Part shown: positions 31,413-36,450 of the stretch, piece by piece
How the letters are laid out: each line of letters starts with the position of its first letter
How positions within the stretch are numbered: position 1 is the first letter of the stretch
Virus record (IMG/VR): IMGVR_UViG_3300017613_000412
Length of the DNA: 36,450 nucleotides
Direction: 5' to 3' (one strand)
Source: a virus
The notes under the pieces: model-generated
The model's database searches: none
What the model was told of the DNA's origin: nothing
Seen by the model: the letters and a program-made list of their open reading frames with translations, nothing else
Translations under genes and position numbers: made by a program

Positions 31413-31971
31413 AATATTTCTGTTTATTGATTGTTGTATCTCTGTCTAACTTTGTTTCAAACGTTGTATCTGCATAAACCGTAACATCTGACATATAAAA
31501 CTCAAAACCTTTATCTTTTAGTCGTTGCATAAACTCTGTGTCATCATAACCGTAGTTGCCACAAAAACGCTCATCATAACCACCAACATCCCGTAAATCA
31601 CTTACATTTGCAAGGTAGATATTTTTATGCGGATTTATCCACTTTCCTTTATGTTTTCTTTTGAATCTAACAATCTCTTTTTCTTCCGGAATGAAGTTGT
31701 ATAATCTAGGTAAGTCTTTAACATTAAAATAATGATCAATATCCATTCTTAACACTAATCCGTTAATCTTACTAAACCCTAAATTGTTTGCTTTAGGTTG
31801 ATTCCATTTAACGTCCTTTTCTATTCTGTAAACAGTTGCCCATTCGCATTTTAAAGGTACTTTAGAACCGTCATCTATAATAACTATGTCAATATCTGCT
31901 TTATCAAATCCAAGACGTTCAAGGTTCTTTATCGCCTCTGGCTGATTGTAGTATAAATATAAAATGGTCAT
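31393..31971 (-). CDS. Family-2 glycosyltransferase
   Basis: MTILYLYYNQ..., VIIDDGS, DIDH, GGYDERFCGNYGYDDTEF. The ATG at 31971 lies just downstream of the capsid-gene terminator. Confidence 0.7.
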   Translation of the reverse strand: MTILYLYYNQPEAIKNLERLGFDKADIDIVIIDDGSKVPLKCEWATVYRIEKDVKWNQPKANNLGFSKINGLVLRMDIDHYFNVKDLPRLYNFIPEEKEIVRFKRKHKGKWINPHKNIYLANVSDLRDVGGYDERFCGNYGYDDTEFMQRLKDKGFEFYMSDVTVYADTTFETKLDRDTTINKQKYYEKTKP

Positions 31972-31984
31972 AAAAAGTAAAGAT

Positions 31985-32016
31985 ACAAAAAAAGAGGGAT
32001 TAATCAAAACCCCTCT
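31985..32016 (-). terminator. Intrinsic terminator downstream of the major capsid gene
   Basis: The stem agaggg (31993..31998) pairs with ccctct (32011..32016). On the minus strand it is followed by TTTTTTTGT. Confidence 0.5.
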
Positions 32017-32073
32017 CTTTCACAATGAAAACAAACAACCAAATTTACAACCGATTGTAAGTTTTATAAACTA

Positions 32074-33249
32074 TTAGGTGGCTGTGAAATCACCATAAAT
32101 AATTGCTCCAGGTCTGTGAATTGCAATACCAATTTGAGCTTCTATTCTAGCCGTGATATTGTTTTTTCTCCAGTTGTCCTCGTCATGTTCAGAGAATCCT
32201 AAACTGATTCCTTCTGTAACCACGCGGTTTACCTCTGAAAAATTACCCACAAAGTACTTATTGGCTGCTAACCAATTAACCCATACTACTGGTGCTCCTA
32301 ATATTCTAACTACACCATCTGGTGATACAGTTGTACCTAAAGGCAATCCATATCCAGCTCCAGTTGACTTCTCAAATTGTAAGATGTCAAAATAGTCTGA
32401 CGGTGTCACACAAATTACATCTGGTGCATAATTCGCTGCGGCTAAAGTTGCCACTTCTCCATATAACATTCCTGCTTTAGAACTAGAAGTGATAGCTTCT
32501 GTACTAGCGGTTGCTGCACTTACTAAAGCTGCTGCAAAAAGAGTGTCCTCTGCGTTTACATACTTACGTCTTAACTCTCCAGGTAAGAAACTTTCCAAGA
32601 AAGGAAGATTATTTTTCATCTTCTTCGAGTACACTGAAAATCCGGCTAGATAATCTGTAGCCACATCCGTATTCACAAAGTCAGAATCTACTTGCGCTTT
32701 ATCGTTTCCTTCAGTCTGGACGGCAATCGTGCCCTCACCCTCTGTTAAACTTGTAGGATAAGTGTAGGTGCCCACGCCGATATTTATATCAGCTCCAATT
32801 AAATCAATAACGTGAGTTAATCGTCCTGGCATACCTATAACGTTTCTGCTATATTCTCTTTCTTCGTCACCTGTTAAGTTTGCAGTTGTCATATTACCAA
32901 CCGCCTTAACTTCGTGATATTTTAATTTACCATCAAGTTTAGTAATTTCATCACCTTTTTCTTTGATAAATTCACCTAATTTCGCTTCAAATCCTTTAGC
33001 ACTTTGATTCTGTACTGATTTGTTTTGCATCCTTACGTCTAACTTATCTAAATGATCTTGAACTGCTTTTAGTCCTTCGTTTATTTCTTTTTGAGCGTTT
33101 TCCATATCTTCTTTTGTAGAGAAGTTATCATACGCTTTTTCTTGCTCATCTTTAAATGCATCCATAGCAGTCTTTACTTCTTCTGCCGTTTTACCCTCTA
33201 AAGACGTTTTTAAAGCATCTAGTGCTTCATTAAATTTCTTTTCGTCCAT
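32074..33249 (-). CDS. Major capsid protein, HK97 fold, with an N-terminal coiled-coil delta/scaffold region
   Basis: 391 aa directly after the prohead protease. Glu/Lys-rich N-terminus of about 90 aa, then a capsid-like body. Confidence 0.8.
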   Translation of the reverse strand: MDEKKFNEALDALKTSLEGKTAEEVKTAMDAFKDEQEKAYDNFSTKEDMENAQKEINEGLKAVQDHLDKLDVRMQNKSVQNQSAKGFEAKLGEFIKEKGDEITKLDGKLKYHEVKAVGNMTTANLTGDEEREYSRNVIGMPGRLTHVIDLIGADINIGVGTYTYPTSLTEGEGTIAVQTEGNDKAQVDSDFVNTDVATDYLAGFSVYSKKMKNNLPFLESFLPGELRRKYVNAEDTLFAAALVSAATASTEAITSSSKAGMLYGEVATLAAANYAPDVICVTPSDYFDILQFEKSTGAGYGLPLGTTVSPDGVVRILGAPVVWVNWLAANKYFVGNFSEVNRVVTEGISLGFSEHDEDNWRKNNITARIEAQIGIAIHRPGAIIYGDFTAT

Positions 33250-33252
33250 CTT

Positions 33253-33948
33253 TTAAAAATTGTTTTTAATAAAATTATTTATAATGTCGGCAGAGTTGTC
33301 TTTTTGAGTAGGTAAAACTGGCTCATGTTCAACTTGTGACTTTGTTCCTAGTATGTAAGCATGAGATTGTAGTTCTTTTAAAGCGAACTCTAGCAATACA
33401 AAACTCTCGTCTGTTAATGTACCATCCCTCAATGCTTTTGTTATTTTCTTTATCTTATCGTTTGAATCGGCTAATGTAAGGTTCTTAAAGCCGGTAAAAG
33501 GAGTTTCAGGGTTCGCGCCTAAAGTGACATTCGATCCCTCATATAACTTGATTTCTTTTATTGTTCTAATACCTGTCTTTTGGTCTTTATCTGCTTTGAT
33601 AGTATTAAAACCAATAGAATGTTCGTTTATTACTCCAGCTTCATATAACTTTAAAAGGTCTGTTGAATAAGTAGTTTCTAGCAAAGGTTCACTCTCAAAG
33701 TATAAACCCTTTTCATCTTCTTGTAAGACTGCAAACTTACCATGCGGTTGTTTCCAATCGTGTTGGTTTAAGAATCTTATTTGGTCTTTACGTTCTGATA
33801 ACGTTTTACTAAACGCTCCTTTTTCAATTATATCATTGTCAAAATCTTTATTTCCAAAGGCTGATAAATACCCTGTTACTATTCTTTTCTTTACATCAAC
33901 ATCTTTTAGTGAATCTCCGTAACTTTTAAATCTTAATATATCGTTCAT
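33253..33948 (-). CDS. Prohead protease (HK97 / S78 family)
   Basis: VTGYLSAFGNKDFDNDIIEKGAFSKTL...FLNQHD...GKF...EDEKGLYF. Confidence 0.8.
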   Translation of the reverse strand: MNDILRFKSYGDSLKDVDVKKRIVTGYLSAFGNKDFDNDIIEKGAFSKTLSERKDQIRFLNQHDWKQPHGKFAVLQEDEKGLYFESEPLLETTYSTDLLKLYEAGVINEHSIGFNTIKADKDQKTGIRTIKEIKLYEGSNVTLGANPETPFTGFKNLTLADSNDKIKKITKALRDGTLTDESFVLLEFALKELQSHAYILGTKSQVEHEPVLPTQKDNSADIINNFIKNNF

Positions 33949-33968
33949 AGCTTGTATCTATATAATTC

Positions 33969-33986
33969 GTAAAGTTAATAAATTTA
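33969..33986 (-). promoter_or_regulatory. Recurrent motif gtaaagttaataaattta upstream of the protease/capsid genes
   Basis: On the minus strand TAACTTTA lies 21 nt upstream of the ATG at 33948. A TTG sits 17 nt further upstream (-33-like). Confidence 0.4.
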
Positions 33987-34040
33987 TTTTATATCAATTC
34001 TTTTGTTAATTCGATTAAGTTGTTTATCTTTGATTATCTG

Positions 34041-34071
34041 AAAAAACGTGAGTTATGCGTTGCCGTATAAC
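34041..34071 (-). terminator. Hairpin with a GCAA loop and a nearby T6 run
   Basis: gttatgcg (34052..34059) pairs with cgtataac (34064..34071). On the minus strand T6 follows after 5 nt. Confidence 0.35.
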
Positions 34072-34082
34072 GAAACATTAAA

Positions 34083-34109
34083 CTCGCCTCGTCAATCGGC
34101 GGGTTTTTT
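34083..34109 (+). terminator. GC-rich hairpin followed by T6 on the plus strand (an antisense or bidirectional terminator)
   Basis: ctcgcc (34083..34088) pairs with ggcggg (34098..34103), then tttttt (34104..34109). An A-run precedes it on the minus-strand reading. Confidence 0.5.
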
Positions 34110-34110
34110 G

Positions 34111-34941
34111 TTATGTCCTAATCAAATTACCATCCTTGTCTCTTGCTGCTATAATAGAAACTGAACAACGGCAATTAATAATATTCCCTGCTGAACCTCT
34201 AAACTTATCACCTGGATAACTTAATTCTTCATATCCTTTCATTGGTATTAAACCTCTCATAGGCACTTTAAAGTTTTCTTTTAATCCAACTTGTTTAAGG
34301 TGCATATCGAAATGGTCAAACTTTGCTTTAGGGAAACGTCTAGTTCTTGCGTCACTTGCTGAAATCCATATCTTATTAGTTACAAACCCTGTTATTTCTC
34401 CAGCGTGTAAAGCTGCCTTATTCGCTGCTGACGTTGCTTCTGTTCTAGCTATTCTTCTTGCTTGGTATCTGTAAAACCCTCTTTGGTTTACTGTACGTTG
34501 TAGATTTCTAGCGATTTCTTCAATCCCTAAACCCTCTTGAAATCCATTTGATATAATTCTTACTATTGTTCTTTTAAATGTATTAGCAATCGTTTTAATG
34601 TTATCTGCACCATGTTCACGCAACCAATCTAATATAACTGATATGTAAGAACTATTAAAGTTGTTTAATTCAAAGAACTTTGTTGTTTTGTTAAACTCTG
34701 CTCCTATTCGTTTACCATGTACTAAACCTATATTTGTGTAAATAAGATATAATGATTCTTCTAATAACTTCGTGTCTATTGCTTCATCTATAAGTTGATC
34801 ATAATTAAAGTAATTTAACTTATCAAAGTCAATAGCTTTACCCCACGTTTTAAATGTTTGGTCTAATGGTTTTAAGGCTCTCTTTTCATATTGCTTATGC
34901 CACCTTAACCATCTACGCCGATATTTATTTAGCTTTGCCAT
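34111..34941 (-). CDS. Head morphogenesis protein (Mu F / SPP1 gp7 family)
   Basis: RRIARTEATSAANKAALHAGE...ISASDARTRRFP...HFDMHL...GNIINCRCS. Confidence 0.8.
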   Translation of the reverse strand: MAKLNKYRRRWLRWHKQYEKRALKPLDQTFKTWGKAIDFDKLNYFNYDQLIDEAIDTKLLEESLYLIYTNIGLVHGKRIGAEFNKTTKFFELNNFNSSYISVILDWLREHGADNIKTIANTFKRTIVRIISNGFQEGLGIEEIARNLQRTVNQRGFYRYQARRIARTEATSAANKAALHAGEITGFVTNKIWISASDARTRRFPKAKFDHFDMHLKQVGLKENFKVPMRGLIPMKGYEELSYPGDKFRGSAGNIINCRCSVSIIAARDKDGNLIRT

Positions 34942-35039
34942 TCTTTAAATACGTGCAATTATCCTCTAGGTGGTCGATGTATCTATCTAAATCCTCAACA
35001 TAACCTAGTAAACCCTCATAACTACCTGAATTATAATCT

Positions 35040-36422
35040 TCAATTTGTGGTCTTTCCAATGTCAAAATCGTTATTTAATGCTTCTTCTAAACTTATAATG
35101 TCACTTGTTACAGTGTACGCTTCCATTGCATCATTCTCAACCTCTAGGTATTGTATAGCGTTTCTATACTCGTTTCTGTTTATTACACCTCTGTCTAATG
35201 CGTTATTTAACCATTCAGTCATTTCTTTAATATCTGACTGCATTTCAGGTAACTCCATTACATCAAAGATAATCTCACTATTCTCGTACCCTTTGAATTT
35301 TGGAACGAAATATATGTTTAACGCCTGTTCTAATAGCTTTATATCTGGCTGGATATTATCAACTACTCTCTGTTTTCTTATTTGTTGAATAGTACCACCG
35401 AAATCTGAATTACCATCGTTAATCTCCCAATTAAGACAAGCAGCTATTTGTTTCTCATCGAACTTAAAGTAATCAAACGGTTTTAACTCATCACTTGTAA
35501 GCGACATTCTAGTAAAAGCTAACTCATGACTAAAACCACCAATCTTACCTAATGCTTCAGTAGATGCATTCATTTCAAGTAATCTCTCTTTTATAGCCTT
35601 TGCTTGTGTATCGGTTAATGATTGATTTTTAGCGTGAAGAAAGCCAAATGCTCCACCACTTAACATCGTTTTAATGTTTAGGTCTAAACCTAGATTACTA
35701 GATTGTATATTCTTTAATGCTGCTCTTAACGGTGACATTCCATAAAGATGCTCTCCATTCTCGCTATAATTTGGATTAGAATATTTAATGTGAATAACGT
35801 CAGGTTCTTCAAATTCTATAAACTGCCTTCCATATGTAAGTAAGTAACCTTTTACCGGACTTTCATCCATTAACATATTGGTGTTGTCCTTTACAACTAT
35901 CTGTATTAAATGAGAGGGTAGAATATAAACGTGTAAAGGTGTTCCTTTGTTCATCCCATCCTCTGGTGATAATGTATATAAATAAACGTTACCTGTGCAT
36001 TTTAACATTGTCTTATACAACGAAAGAAACTCTGTCCATGTTTGATTAGGATTAGGACGTTCTAAAGGAAACTCTCTATCTTCTTTTGAGTAGGCTTTAG
36101 ATTGCAGTTTAACATACTTTAAGAGTTGTGTCATTGACATATCTCCTTTAGTCGATTGCATTAATTGTGTTAACTTTCTATTGGCTTGTTCGTCTTCTAT
36201 GTCTTTAATGTAAAAAGGTACGTTAGCAGTCTTTGTAGCCATTTGATTTACCATCGAATAGACTAAAGGGTTAACGTTATATCCGCTTTCTATGTAGGTT
36301 CTTCCATTAGGATCGTAAGGAGTATAATTTCCGCCAAATAAGAACGCTTCGTTGAATTTATTGAAACGATGTGTAGGATCAACAAAATTAGCAATCTGAC
36401 GGCGTAGATTTGATAATATCAT
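35040..36422 (-). CDS. Portal protein
   Basis: 460 aa located between terL (via circular closure) and the Mu F-like gene. The N-terminus lies in the terminal repeat. Confidence 0.8.
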   Translation of the reverse strand: MILSNLRRQIANFVDPTHRFNKFNEAFLFGGNYTPYDPNGRTYIESGYNVNPLVYSMVNQMATKTANVPFYIKDIEDEQANRKLTQLMQSTKGDMSMTQLLKYVKLQSKAYSKEDREFPLERPNPNQTWTEFLSLYKTMLKCTGNVYLYTLSPEDGMNKGTPLHVYILPSHLIQIVVKDNTNMLMDESPVKGYLLTYGRQFIEFEEPDVIHIKYSNPNYSENGEHLYGMSPLRAALKNIQSSNLGLDLNIKTMLSGGAFGFLHAKNQSLTDTQAKAIKERLLEMNASTEALGKIGGFSHELAFTRMSLTSDELKPFDYFKFDEKQIAACLNWEINDGNSDFGGTIQQIRKQRVVDNIQPDIKLLEQALNIYFVPKFKGYENSEIIFDVMELPEMQSDIKEMTEWLNNALDRGVINRNEYRNAIQYLEVENDAMEAYTVTSDIISLEEALNNDFDIGKTTN

Positions 36423-36450
36423 AGTCTTGCCATATTTTATGTAAAAGTAA
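36330..36450. repeat. Right copy of the 121-bp direct terminal repeat
   Basis: Verbatim identity to 1..121. Confidence 0.95.

Noticed and set aside
29467-31971. The GT island as a DNA hypermodification (base glycosylation) pathway
   Set aside because: I did not recognise any dNMP hydroxymethylase, thymidylate-synthase-like, DNA polymerase or dNTP-modifying gene, so glycosylatable bases are unlikely. The idea is not fully excluded, and virion or host glycan modification is preferred.
1554-32007. N-terminal extensions in the track that begin at TTG or GTG (1554, 1819, 3005, 5711, 9513, 10556, 14444, 32007)
   Set aside because: In each case a downstream ATG gives a sensible protein N-terminus and avoids running through a hairpin, an inverted repeat or the neighbouring gene. 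TTG or GTG starts were kept only where no ATG alternative exists (1289, 3338, 28208, 30024).
34922-35058. TTG-initiated ORF of about 44 aa (…ERPQIEDYNSGSYEGLLGYVEDLDRYIDHLEDNCTYLKNGKAK) spanning the gap between the portal and Mu F genes
   Set aside because: It has no ATG and overlaps both neighbours, and nothing supports it beyond an open frame. It could be real, but the sequence alone cannot support it.
1858-35388. The plus-strand track ORFs other than 10308..10514 and 10556..10879. Examples: 1858..2148, 2256..2555, 4682..4909, 8310..8591, 13458..13751, 16394..16741, 24348..24563, 25341..25562, 27973..28215, 32153..32395, 35047..35388.
   Set aside because: All of them lie antisense within much longer minus-strand genes that have clear motifs. 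Their translations are low-complexity Leu/Ile/Phe/Ser-rich strings, as expected from reading AT-rich coding DNA backwards, and none has a motif or a plausible upstream signal.
1-36450. CRISPR arrays, tRNA/tmRNA genes, rRNA
   Set aside because: There are no regularly spaced direct repeats. The intergenic regions are short (at most about 160 nt), and none showed a cloverleaf-compatible arrangement on visual inspection. A tRNAscan-SE or ARAGORN run would be the decisive check.

Overview
This window is a complete, closed dsDNA phage genome. Positions 1..121 are repeated exactly at 36330..36450, which leaves about 36.33 kb of unique sequence. The genome is AT-rich and very densely coded, and all convincing genes except two lie on the minus strand.

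Gene order (minus strand, wrapping across the window ends):
- Packaging and head: small and large terminase (1554->132), portal (36422->35040), Mu-F/SPP1 gp7-like head morphogenesis protein, HK97-type prohead protease and major capsid protein.
- An inserted island of three glycosyltransferase-like genes plus a DPPY DNA methyltransferase.
- Neck and tail: head-tail connector, adaptor, HK97 gp10-like and tail-completion genes, major tail protein, tail chaperones G/GT with an A10 slippery run, tape measure.
- Baseplate and fibres: a large baseplate/Dit-like protein, a second tail-tube-like paralog, a beta-helix tailspike, a CBM-like protein, a fibre protein, and a PL1 pectate-lyase with Big_2 repeats.
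- A lysis cassette (M15 peptidase and several membrane or lipoproteins), then a DnaQ-like exonuclease.
- A short plus-strand cassette: an XRE HTH gene and an endonuclease-VII/HNH gene flanked by inverted repeats.
- A minus-strand early region: Erf annealase, DnaA-domain-IV-like HTH, a coupled cassette of C5-MTase, HTH, HNH and ABC-ATPase::GNAT, and many tiny ORFs.

The lack of Shine-Dalgarno sequences, TAnnTTTG-like boxes and Bacteroidota-style signal peptides suggest a Flavobacteriia/Bacteroidota host; this is inference. I saw no integrase, tRNA or CRISPR array.

All family calls come from reading motifs in the translations. No database search was run.
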